In this document: positions 19,280 through 28,100 of the stretch, one piece after another
How the letters are laid out: each line of letters begins with the position of its first letter
Numbering within the stretch: position 1 is the stretch's first letter
Notes under the pieces: generated by a model
What the model was told of the DNA's origin: nothing
The model's input: the letters and a program-made list of their open reading frames with translations, nothing else
Database searches by the model: none
Source of the DNA: Vulcanimicrobiales bacterium
GTDB lineage: Bacteria > Vulcanimicrobiota > Vulcanimicrobiia > Vulcanimicrobiales > Vulcanimicrobiaceae
Direction of reading: 5' to 3'
DNA length: 64,000 bases
Assembly (NCBI GenBank): GCA_038231455.1
Contig: JBBRLI010000005.1
Span: forward strand, 1-64,000
Translations under genes and position numbers: made by a program

Positions 19280-19307
19280 GGAATAAAGGTCCGCGTGGAT
19301 GGGCACT
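19280..19307 (+). promoter_or_regulatory. Putative SigB/SigF-type promoter (GGAATAA-N14-GGGCACT)
   Basis: Matches the pilin-upstream motif; precedes a structured leader, a small ORF and a terminator. Confidence 0.45.
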
Positions 19308-19312
19308 TGGTT

Positions 19313-19400
19313 AGCGCTGGGCACCTCCTCGCGCTACGTGCGAGCGAGGGAACGGAGCCCCGAGCACTTAATAAGTGACGGTCGACCTTTTGTCGCCATG
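19313..19400 (+). ncRNA. Candidate structured RNA or leader containing the anti-SD CACCTCCT
   Basis: Nested stems AGCGCT/AGCACT, GGGC/GCCC and CCTCGC/GCGAGG; no family recognised. Confidence 0.35.
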
Positions 19401-19432
19401 CCACCCCGAAGAGAAAGCGAGTACGTCCGCCC

Positions 19433-19528
19433 GTGTTTACGATCCCAGCCATCCTCGTGATCCTCTCCGTCGGAATCGTCGCCTTGATCTCATGGGGTGC
19501 ATTCCAAGAAGAAGCGCGCAACCGCTAA
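19433..19528 (+). CDS. Small single-TM peptide, 31 aa: MFTIPAILVILSVGIVALISWGAFQEEARNR
   Basis: GTG start after a purine-rich GAGAAAGCGAG; hydrophobic run then a charged tail; terminator follows immediately; below the ORF-track cutoff. Confidence 0.6.
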   Translation: MFTIPAILVILSVGIVALISWGAFQEEARNR

Positions 19529-19542
19529 TTGAAGCGGCCCGC

Positions 19543-19570
19543 AAAAAAAAGCGCCTGATGGCGCTTTTTT
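19543..19570. terminator. Bidirectional intrinsic terminator
   Basis: AAAAAAAAGCGCC-TGAT-GGCGCTTTTTT between the small ORF (+) and hicA (-). Confidence 0.85.
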
Positions 19571-19622
19571 CATTGTTTCGGTGGGAGTTGAGTTACTCTG
19601 GGTTGATTTGAAAGACGATCCC

Positions 19623-19853
19623 CTATTCCAGAAGCCTTCGGATCTCGTACGAATCGATTTTTGCGTCACGAAGAATATCTCTGACGATGCCATGCTTTAG
19701 ATCGGTGCTGCCGTGGACGGGCACGACGGTTTTCCGTCCGTCGGGATGCACAACAATATGGTGTGATCCCTTCACACGCGTCAAGACGAAACCAGCACGC
19801 CTAAGCGCCCGGAGCATTGAGCGGCCAGTCAAAACCGGTAGTTTCGGCCCCAT
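19623..19853 (-). CDS. hicA: HicA toxin (mRNA interferase)
   Basis: L...GF...R.KGSH and VVPVH motifs; 76 aa and basic. Confidence 0.9.
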   Translation of the reverse strand: MGPKLPVLTGRSMLRALRRAGFVLTRVKGSHHIVVHPDGRKTVVPVHGSTDLKHGIVRDILRDAKIDSYEIRRLLE

Positions 19854-19868
19854 TCGTCGAGACGAAAA

Positions 19869-20099
19869 CTAAGGCGTCGCGACGCTAACGCGCTCCAAAA
19901 GCAGGCCTGTGTCGCTAGGCGGGATTTCCTCGCCGACCTCGGCGCGATATTCCAAAACCAGGAGAATCACCTCGCGCGCACGTTCGAGGCATTCTTCGAC
20001 CGTTTCACCCTGCGTATGCGCCTCGGGCAGAGCGGGAATGCTGACGGAAAATCCGCCTTCCACCTCGGGTTCGAGGACGACCGCGTAGGAGCGTTCCAT
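19869..20099 (-). CDS. hicB: Short HicB antitoxin without a DNA-binding domain
   Basis: GGFSVSIPALP...TQGETVEE...GEEIP; acidic. Confidence 0.88.
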   Translation of the reverse strand: MERSYAVVLEPEVEGGFSVSIPALPEAHTQGETVEECLERAREVILLVLEYRAEVGEEIPPSDTGLLLERVSVATP

Positions 20100-20168
20100 A
20101 CGCGAAGATTCGACGATTGAGATTGACTTCATGCGCGACGATCACGCCTTCATATCGAGCAAACAAGG

Positions 20169-20198
20169 AAAAAGCCACCATTTTAGGCGGCTTTTTTC
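20169..20198. terminator. Terminator downstream of the sdh operon
   Basis: AAAAAGCC...GGCTTTTTT inverted repeat. Confidence 0.6.
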
Positions 20199-20215
20199 GT
20201 CATCCTCGTCGTGTC

Positions 20216-21166
20216 TTACCCGACGTGAGCGGGGGCGAGGTCGTGCTCCTGGAGCACCATTCCGGGGCTGATGAGGTGTTTGTTCATGCCGAGCAGCGAG
20301 GGATCGACGCCGAGGGCCAGTGCCACGAGTTGTGGCAGATGGAACGTCGGGAGATCCGTGCGGCCCCAGCGGGCGGCGGCGTCTTGCTGATAGCCGTCGA
20401 GCGCCAGGTGGCAGAGTGGGCACGGCGTGAGCACGGCCTGGGCGCCCATGTCTTTTGCCATGCGCATGTTCTGGCCGACCATGTTGGCGGCGATGTCGCC
20501 TTTTTCGAGCTGCACGTGGAAGCCACAGCAACGCGTCTTGCCGGCGTAGTCGATCGCTTCACCACCGAGGGCGGTGATGAGGTCTTCGAGCGAGTGCGGG
20601 TTGCGCGATGATTCCCAGCCGTTGACCGACTCGGGACGGATGATATGGCAGCCGTAGAACGGTGCGACTTTCAGACCGTTGAGCGGCTTCACAACCATCT
20701 TCTTGAGTTGGTCGAGACCGATATCATCGATGAGCAGCCAGAGCAGATGGCGTACCGAGACGTTGCCTTCATACTTTGCGCCGAATTTGCCCAAGATCGC
20801 ATTTGCTTGCGTCATGTGCGTTTCGGATTCCAGCAGCTCTTTGTTTGCGGCACGCATGTGGCCCGTGCACGTTGAACAGATCGTGATCACATCATCGAGG
20901 CCGAGGGCTTCGGCCTGCGCGTACGTGCGGGCGTTCAGCACGCGTGCGACGTCGCGGTTGGTGTCGTTGAGCACCGATGCACCGCAGCACGATGCGGCGG
21001 TAAGTTCGACAAGTTCGATGCCGAGTTTGTCAGCGAGCAGCAGCGTTGAGTTGAACAACTCTTTGCAGCTCTCTTTGGCAACGCAGCCGGGGAAGAAGCC
21101 GTACTTGCGCATTTGCGCCGACTTTGACATCCGCTTGATCGCGGGCGTATCCATAACCATTGCCAT
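20216..21166 (-). CDS. HdrB-like CCG-domain subunit (SdhE-type anchor) of succinate dehydrogenase
   Basis: FFPGC, CCG, TICSTC, PFYGCH, CCGF and TPCPLC motifs. Confidence 0.88.
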   Translation of the reverse strand: MAMVMDTPAIKRMSKSAQMRKYGFFPGCVAKESCKELFNSTLLLADKLGIELVELTAASCCGASVLNDTNRDVARVLNARTYAQAEALGLDDVITICSTCTGHMRAANKELLESETHMTQANAILGKFGAKYEGNVSVRHLLWLLIDDIGLDQLKKMVVKPLNGLKVAPFYGCHIIRPESVNGWESSRNPHSLEDLITALGGEAIDYAGKTRCCGFHVQLEKGDIAANMVGQNMRMAKDMGAQAVLTPCPLCHLALDGYQQDAAARWGRTDLPTFHLPQLVALALGVDPSLLGMNKHLISPGMVLQEHDLAPAHVG

Positions 21167-22119
21167 TATCCTACGGGGACCTCCAGGGCTTCGAAAATCG
21201 TCCGGATCTCATCGACCTTCGGTACGGGTTTGAGGAAGAGCGGCGGCAACTTACCTTTACTCGCCATGCGCAACCCCAGCGGCGCCACTTTGATGAGGCC
21301 GATGATGTTGAACTTGCCGACGGTGCCTTGAATGACTTCGGTCTCGTGCAGCATGCCCGTCGCCTTGATCGTCTTGCCGACGACCAGCGCGTGACGCGGG
21401 CCGGGGTGATTGGTGAGGCCTTCCTCGATCGTCGCGCGTTTGACGGCGATAATGTCGTCCTGCGGATCGACGTGTTTGGGGCAGTACGAACACGCATAGC
21501 AGTGCGCGCAGAGCCACAAGTAATCTTCCGAAATTTGCGCGGCGCGTTCTTTGCGTTTGCTATCGCGCACGTCTTCGATGAAGCGGTACGCATACGCGAT
21601 CGCAGCCGGGCCGGCAAACGCCGGATCGACCGAAACGACCGGGCAGAGCGAGTAGCAGGTCGCGCACATCACGCAGTTGGCGACGGCGACGAGCTTCTTC
21701 ATGTCTTCGGGCGAAACGCGACGTTCGCGTTCGTGATCTTCGTCTTTATCTTTGGGCTGCAAGTACGGCTTCAGGCGCGAGTACTTATCCCAAAACGGGT
21801 CCATGTGGACCACGAGATCTTTCATCGGCTGGAAGTTCGTCATGGGATCGACCATGACCGAATTGTCCGATTTAAGAACGTCGCTCACCGGTGTCTTGCA
21901 TGCAAGACCGGCGACCCCGTTGATGTTCATCGAGCACGAGCCGCAAATGGCGGAGCGGCACGAACGACGGAACGAAACCGAGCCGTCTTTCTCCGCTTTC
22001 ACCCACTCGAGCGCGTCGAGAACGGTAATCGTGGTCGGCAGATCGACTTCGACCCGATCGCGGCGTGGCTCCGCGTCGGTTTTTTCATCGTAGCGGTAGA
22101 TGTCGAGAATGAAGCTCAT
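21166..22119 (-). CDS. sdhB: Succinate dehydrogenase/fumarate reductase iron-sulfur subunit
   Basis: SCRSAICGSC [2Fe-2S]; CVMCATCYSLCP; CAHCYACSYCP. Confidence 0.92.
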   Translation of the reverse strand: MSFILDIYRYDEKTDAEPRRDRVEVDLPTTITVLDALEWVKAEKDGSVSFRRSCRSAICGSCSMNINGVAGLACKTPVSDVLKSDNSVMVDPMTNFQPMKDLVVHMDPFWDKYSRLKPYLQPKDKDEDHERERRVSPEDMKKLVAVANCVMCATCYSLCPVVSVDPAFAGPAAIAYAYRFIEDVRDSKRKERAAQISEDYLWLCAHCYACSYCPKHVDPQDDIIAVKRATIEEGLTNHPGPRHALVVGKTIKATGMLHETEVIQGTVGKFNIIGLIKVAPLGLRMASKGKLPPLFLKPVPKVDEIRTIFEALEVPVG

Positions 22120-23804
22120 TAGTATGTACGCACCGTTGGTTCGTATTTCGTGAAGGTAACTTTACGCGAGTAGTCCGGTTCGGGATCCGTCGTTGCGCCT
22201 TTGAAGCGCATCAGCGAATGCTTGATCCAATTCGCATCGTCGCGTTCGGGAAAGTCCGTGCGCGACTGCGCGCCGCGCGACTCGTTGCGGTTGAGTGCGC
22301 CGAGCATGATCGGCTGCGCGACGTCGACGAGGAACTCCGTTTCGAGCAAGCCGACAAGATCCGTATTAAACGTCTTCGACTTATCTTGCACGACCATCTG
22401 CGTTGCTGCTTCGCGAACCTGGCGCAGCTTGTTCATGCCAACCGTGAGGTCTTGTTCGTTGCGGAAGATGAAGGCGTGATCGCTCATCGCATTATTCAGA
22501 TTCTTGCGCACGGCCGAGTGGCGTTCGCCGCCGGTTCGCGCGAGAATTCCGTTGATGCGATCTTGTTCGGATTTGAGCGTCTTTGCCGATTCACGAACGC
22601 TGCCGACCGATTTGATGTACTCGGATGCGTGAGCGGCCGAGCGGGCACCAAAGACGATCGTTTCGAGCAGCGAGTTGCCGCCCAGGCGATTGGCACCGTG
22701 CACCGAGACGCAAGCAACTTCGCCCGCAGCGTACACGCCCGGCACGGAGGTTGCGCCGTCTTTGTCGGTTGCGATTCCGCCCATGGCGTAATGCATACCG
22801 GGGAGAATCGGAATCGGCGCGTCGATTGCATCGATGCCGGTTGCATCGAGCGCGAGCTCGCGAATCTGCGGGAGACGTTCGAGAATCTTTTCGCGCCCGA
22901 GGTGGCGCAAGTCGAGCTGCACGCAGCCATCGATGCCGCGGCCTTCGAGAATCTCGGTCCATTCCGCACGCGAGACGACGTCGCGCGATGCGAGCTCGCC
23001 TTTATTCGGCGCGTACTTGAACATGAAGCGTTCGCCCAGCGAATTGAGCAGATACGCGCCTTCGCCGCGGGCCGCTTCTGAAAGCAACACGCCGTTTTCT
23101 TTCAGCGAAGTCGGATGGAACTGCACGAACTCCATGTCCATCAGCGGGATGCCGGCGCGATACGCAATCGCCATGCCGTCGCCCGTTGAGGCATAGCCGT
23201 TCGTCGTTTTCGCGTACACGCGACCGAGGCCGCCCGTTGCGAAGATCGTCGCTTTTGCACTGACGAGTTCGAGTTCGCCGTTGCGCATGTTGTAGGCGAC
23301 AACGCCGGCGCCAATGCCGTCTTCGATGGCAAGCGCGGTCGCGAAATACTCTTCGTAGACTTTGACTTGGAAGCGTTCGAGCTGCTCCCAGAGCGTGTGC
23401 AGGATGACCAAGCCTGTGACGTCGGCTGAGTAGCACGTACGCGGTGAACCAGCGCCGCCGAAGGGGCGCTGCGCGATGCGGCCGTCGGGCAGACGGCTGA
23501 AGATGCAGCCGCGGTGCTCGAGCCAAACGATTTGTTTGGGCGCATCGGCGGTCATCGCTTCGATCGCGTCCTGATCGCCGAGGTAGTCCGAACCTTTGAC
23601 GCAGTCGAAGGCGTGGTTTTCCGGGGAGTCATCTTCGCGGTTGCCGAGCGCGGCATTGATGCCGCCCTGCGCGGCGCCCGAGTGGCTGCGCACCGGGTGC
23701 ATCTTCGAAACGATTGTAACATCGGCGCCGCGTTCAGCGGCTTCGACAGCGGCTCGCATTCCGGCAAGACCACCACCAACGACGACAATATCGTGCTTGA
23801 TCAA
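22119..23804 (-). CDS. sdhA: Succinate dehydrogenase/fumarate reductase flavoprotein
   Basis: GGGLAG, RSHSGAAQGG (FAD-His), QFHPT, SEAARGEG, HYAMGG and HGANRLGGNSL. Confidence 0.95.
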   Translation of the reverse strand: MIKHDIVVVGGGLAGMRAAVEAAERGADVTIVSKMHPVRSHSGAAQGGINAALGNREDDSPENHAFDCVKGSDYLGDQDAIEAMTADAPKQIVWLEHRGCIFSRLPDGRIAQRPFGGAGSPRTCYSADVTGLVILHTLWEQLERFQVKVYEEYFATALAIEDGIGAGVVAYNMRNGELELVSAKATIFATGGLGRVYAKTTNGYASTGDGMAIAYRAGIPLMDMEFVQFHPTSLKENGVLLSEAARGEGAYLLNSLGERFMFKYAPNKGELASRDVVSRAEWTEILEGRGIDGCVQLDLRHLGREKILERLPQIRELALDATGIDAIDAPIPILPGMHYAMGGIATDKDGATSVPGVYAAGEVACVSVHGANRLGGNSLLETIVFGARSAAHASEYIKSVGSVRESAKTLKSEQDRINGILARTGGERHSAVRKNLNNAMSDHAFIFRNEQDLTVGMNKLRQVREAATQMVVQDKSKTFNTDLVGLLETEFLVDVAQPIMLGALNRNESRGAQSRTDFPERDDANWIKHSLMRFKGATTDPEPDYSRKVTFTKYEPTVRTY

Positions 23805-23958
23805 GTTTTGTGCTCCGGGCCAACACCGAAGTTGGACCCCTCGACAGAGTGCTCTGTTGGTTCGTACCCCCGCGAGGGGCGACCGAACAACATTCTTGCT
23901 TCAAAGCATAGCACCCGTGACTTGGGCGCTGTCATTACCTACGTCGCAAGGGCCCTCT

Positions 23959-25134
23959 CTAAAGAGAGTCTTGGCCGGTCCTGGCTTTTCGGGCCGTGCG
24001 ATCGAAGAAGATGAAGCGGTTTTTGCCCTGCTGCTTTGCCTCGTAAAGCGCCTCGTCGGCAGCGAAGAAAAGCCCCGGTCCATCGGCGCCGTCGTAAGGA
24101 AACATGGCCGCACCGACCGAGCACTTGATGCCCTCGCGGCGGAGCGCGCTAAAGAGGCGTTCGACCCCTTGCTCCGCCTGCTCGCGGTCAACCTGACTCA
24201 TCACGATGACGAACTCATCGCCGGCGTAGCGGGCAACGACGTCGCCTTTGCGGGCCGAGGTCTTGATCACGTCTGCGAAATTTTTCAAGGCCCAGTCACC
24301 GGCTGCGTGTCCGGAGGAGTCGTTGATGCGTTTGAGATCGTCGAGATCCAGGATCACGAAGGCAAGCGTCAGTTGGTAACGTTCGGCATTGAAGAGTTCG
24401 CGTTCGAGCAAGTCGTTAAGCGCACGCCGGTTCGCCAGGCCCGTGAGGTGGTCGGTGAGGGCGAGGCGCTGGGTCTCTTCGAGGAGTCGTTTGGTTTCGT
24501 TGTAGAGGCGAGCGTTTTCGATTGCGATCGCAGCCTGGGCGGCAAAGTCCAGCAACATCCGGAGCTGGGAATCGTTGACCTCGGCGGTCGGCGGGTCATC
24601 CACGTAGAGCAAGCCGCGGACGGTATTCCGGCTGATCAACGGCAGCATACAGAACGTCCCGCGCACGTCATCGACCGGGGCATCATCTTCCTTGGCGAAT
24701 CCGAGCGCAAAATCGGACGTGCCGCCGATCATCGCATCGAAAACCGGGCCTGGGCGGAAGGCCGCAGGGTCTCCCGATGCCACGACGCTGCCGCTGGCGT
24801 CGGTTTCAAGGCGGCGCTTGGGCTCGCCGTTCTCGATGTCAAAGAGGATGACGCGATTGAAGCGCAGCGCCTCGCGGATGCCGCGCAAGACCATCGAGAG
24901 AATGTCGTCGATGTCGAGTGTCGAGTTGATCGTCGAGAAGACTTGCTGCAGCACGAAGAGCTCGGCGTTCTGCTGCGCGTATTCGTCGCGTTCGACGATC
25001 AGTTCGGCAATTCGCCGATACGCCGCGTCGAGTTCGGATTGCAAAGAGCCCCCGTCGATCGCGACGACGCCGGTGCTGTGGCTCTCCCCCTGCTGCAGAT
25101 TCAAGCAGGCAGTTTCGGAGGGGCAGGAGTGCAC
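23959..25134 (-). CDS. GAF + GGDEF diguanylate cyclase (AGDEF variant, RxxD I-site); start uncertain (25134 or 25104)
   Basis: QAAIAIENARLY, D.LTGLANRR, DLDDLKRIND..GH.AGD, RKGD and RYAGDEF. Confidence 0.88.
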   Translation of the reverse strand: MHSCPSETACLNLQQGESHSTGVVAIDGGSLQSELDAAYRRIAELIVERDEYAQQNAELFVLQQVFSTINSTLDIDDILSMVLRGIREALRFNRVILFDIENGEPKRRLETDASGSVVASGDPAAFRPGPVFDAMIGGTSDFALGFAKEDDAPVDDVRGTFCMLPLISRNTVRGLLYVDDPPTAEVNDSQLRMLLDFAAQAAIAIENARLYNETKRLLEETQRLALTDHLTGLANRRALNDLLERELFNAERYQLTLAFVILDLDDLKRINDSSGHAAGDWALKNFADVIKTSARKGDVVARYAGDEFVIVMSQVDREQAEQGVERLFSALRREGIKCSVGAAMFPYDGADGPGLFFAADEALYEAKQQGKNRFIFFDRTARKARTGQDSL

Positions 25135-25188
25135 TCCTACGGTATTCTTACCGGAACCCCTCCGCCAAATAAGGAATCCACGCTTACT

Positions 25189-28100
25189 GTGAGCGCCTTC
25201 GTCCATTTGCACGTCCATAGCGAATATTCTCTGTTGGATGGTGCTTGCCGCGTCGATTCACTCTGTCGACGCTCGGCAGAGGATGGCTCCCCGGGCGTCG
25301 CGCTTACCGACCACGGGGTGATGTTCGGCGCGATGGAGTTTTACTACGCCGCGCGCGACTTCAAACTGACGCCGATCGTCGGGTGCGAGGCGTACATCGC
25401 TCCGCGCGGCCGGTTCGATAAGACCGTGCGCGACGAAGCGCACGTCACGCTGCTGGCAGCGGACCTCGTGGGCTACCGCAATCTCGTCACCCTCATTAGT
25501 AAGGGCTTCCTCGAGGGGTACTACTACAAGCCGCGGATCGACATGGATCTGCTCGCCAAGCACCACGAAGGGCTCATCGTGCTCTCGGGCTGCATGTCGA
25601 GTCTTGTCGCGCAGCCGCTCCTCAAAAACGACTACGCCGGAGCGAAGAAGGCCGCGCAGTCGTTCGTCGACATCTTCGGCGACCGCTTTTACATCGAGAT
25701 CATGCGCCATGGCATCCCCGAGCAAGACATTGTCAACGACGGGTTGATCAAGCTCGCGCGCGAGATGAATCTGCCGCTGGTCGCCACCAACGACTCGCAC
25801 TATCTCAATCGGGCCGATGCGCCTGCGCACGACGTGCTGCTCTGCATCGGTACGGGCAAAACGGTGCAAGACGTCAGCCGCATGAAGTTTTACTCCGATG
25901 AATTCTACGTGAAATCGAACGCCGAGATGCGCGAACTCTTCGCCGACGTGCCCGACGCGTGCGACAATACCGTCGTCATCGCAAACCGGATCGATATCCA
26001 GATCCCCGAGAAAATTTTTCATCTGCCCGATTTCCCGGTGCCGATTCGCACGCGCGAACTCACCGGATCGAGCCTTGTTGCCGCCGGTGCGGACCGCACG
26101 CTGTGGACGCCGCCGGGACTTGGCGGGCTCGACATCGCCGTGCTGCCCGATGTGCCGGGCGCGACGCCGCCGCCGATCTCCCCGGATGGCGTCGCATCTG
26201 CCGTCGTACTCAAAGAGAACGAGTACGAGACGACCGCGGAAGACTATCTGCGCGAAATCTGCGAGGCCGGCCTCATCGAGCGTTACGGCGCGGAGCGTGT
26301 TGCAAGCGATCCCGTCCTGCGCGAGCGGATGGATTACGAGCTTGGCGTCATCAACAAGATGGGCTTCGCGTCGTACTTCCTCATCACGTGGGATTTCATC
26401 AAGTACGCGCGCGATCAGGACATTCCGGTCGGCCCCGGACGCGGCTCGGCCGTCGGGTCGATCGTTTCGTACGTTCTGAAAATTACCGACCTCGATCCGA
26501 TCAAATTTAAATTGATTTTCGAGCGCTTCCTCAATCCCGACCGTATCTCGATGCCCGATATCGATACCGACTTCTGCGTCGAACGGCGCGACGAAGTCAT
26601 CGCCTATGTGACGGCAAAGTACGGCAAAGAGCGTGTCGCGCAGATCGTAACGTTCGGAACGATGGCTGCGCGCGCGGCGGTGCGCGATGCAGGTCGCGCG
26701 CTTGGCGTGCCGCTGCCCGATGTCGATCGCGTTGCGAAGCTGATTCCTTCGGGACCTGGCGGACTCACGATCGATAAAGCGCTCGAGCAAATCCCCGAAC
26801 TCAAAGTGCTCTACGATAGTTCGCCCCAGATTCGCAAGCTCGTCGATACGGCAAACTCAATCGAAGGACTGGCGCGGCACGCCTCGACGCATGCCGCCGG
26901 TGTCGTCATCTCCAAAGGTCCGATCGTCGACTACGCGCCGCTGATCAAACTCGGCGAAGGCGACATTAACACGCAGTACTCGATGGGCTGGGTTGAAAAA
27001 ATCGGCCTGCTTAAGATGGACTTCTTAGGTCTGCGCAACTTGACGGTGATGAAGGCAGCGGTGGATGAAATTCGCCGCACGACCGATCCGACGTTCGAGC
27101 TTGCAACGATCGACGATGCGGATACACGCACGTTCGATATGCTCTCACGCGGTGAGACCACCGGCGTGTTCCAACTCGAATCGGACGGCATGCGCCGCGT
27201 CGTCGTCGATCTCAAACCCAATACGCTCGATGACATCATCGCGCTCGTCGCACTGTATCGGCCGGGTCCCATGGAGTGGATCCCGCAGTACATCGGTAAT
27301 AAACACGGTCGCACGAAGGTCACCTATCTTCATCCGCTGCTGGAGCCGATTCTCTCGGAGACCTACGGCATTGCGTGCTATCAAGAGCAGGTGATGCAGA
27401 TCGCGCGCGACGTCGCGGGCTTCACCATGGGCCAGGCCGACGAATTGCGCAAGGTCATGGGGAAGAAACAGAAAGACAAAATCCCCGTCTACCGCGAGAA
27501 GTTTATTAGCGGCGCGGTGGAAAACGGACTGACCGCTGAACTCGCGGATCAAATCTTCGCCTTCGTCGAACCCTTTGCGGGCTACGGTTTTAATAAGTCA
27601 CATGCCGCTGCGTACGGCTGGATCGCCTATCAAACCGCGTTTCTCAAAGCTAACCACCCGCTAGCATATTTCTCAGCACTGATGACCTCGGTCAAAGACA
27701 AGACCGACAAGCTCGTCGAGTACATCGATGAGGCAAAGAAACTCCGGATCAAAGTGTTACCGCCCGATGTGAACGCGTCGCTCGTCGACTTCACGGTCGT
27801 CGCCGATGAGATTCGCTTTGGCCTCGCCGCCGTCAAAGGCGTCGGCGAAGGCGCTGTGCGCGCGATCTTGAGCGCGCGCGATGAAGCGGGTCCGTTTGCC
27901 GACCTCTTCGACCTCGCGCGTCGCGTCGATACGAAGAACGTGAATCGCAAAGTACTCGAAGCCCTTGTGAAGTGCGGCGCCTTCGATACGTTGCCGGGGA
28001 ATCGTGCGCAGTTGCTCGATGCGATCGATTCTGCGCTGGAAATCGCCAACCGTGCGACGCGCGATCGCGAGTCGGGCCAAGTCTCGCTCTTTGGTGAGGT

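Noticed and set aside
19280-19390. c-di-GMP-II riboswitch (GGGCACTT...AAGTG) or HDV-like ribozyme (CCTCCTCGC)
   Set aside because: I could not build the kink-turn/AGTGCAACC elements or the nested double pseudoknot by eye; kept only as an unclassified structured RNA
23596-25188. Apparent 530-aa N-terminal extension of DnaE (1735-aa ORF)
   Set aside because: It is the antisense shadow of the GGDEF gene and the sdhA start; DnaE homology begins at GTG 25189
26044-26226. Intein in DnaE
   Set aside because: Too short, and lacks the N-terminal C/S and C-terminal HN-C/S/T splice motifs
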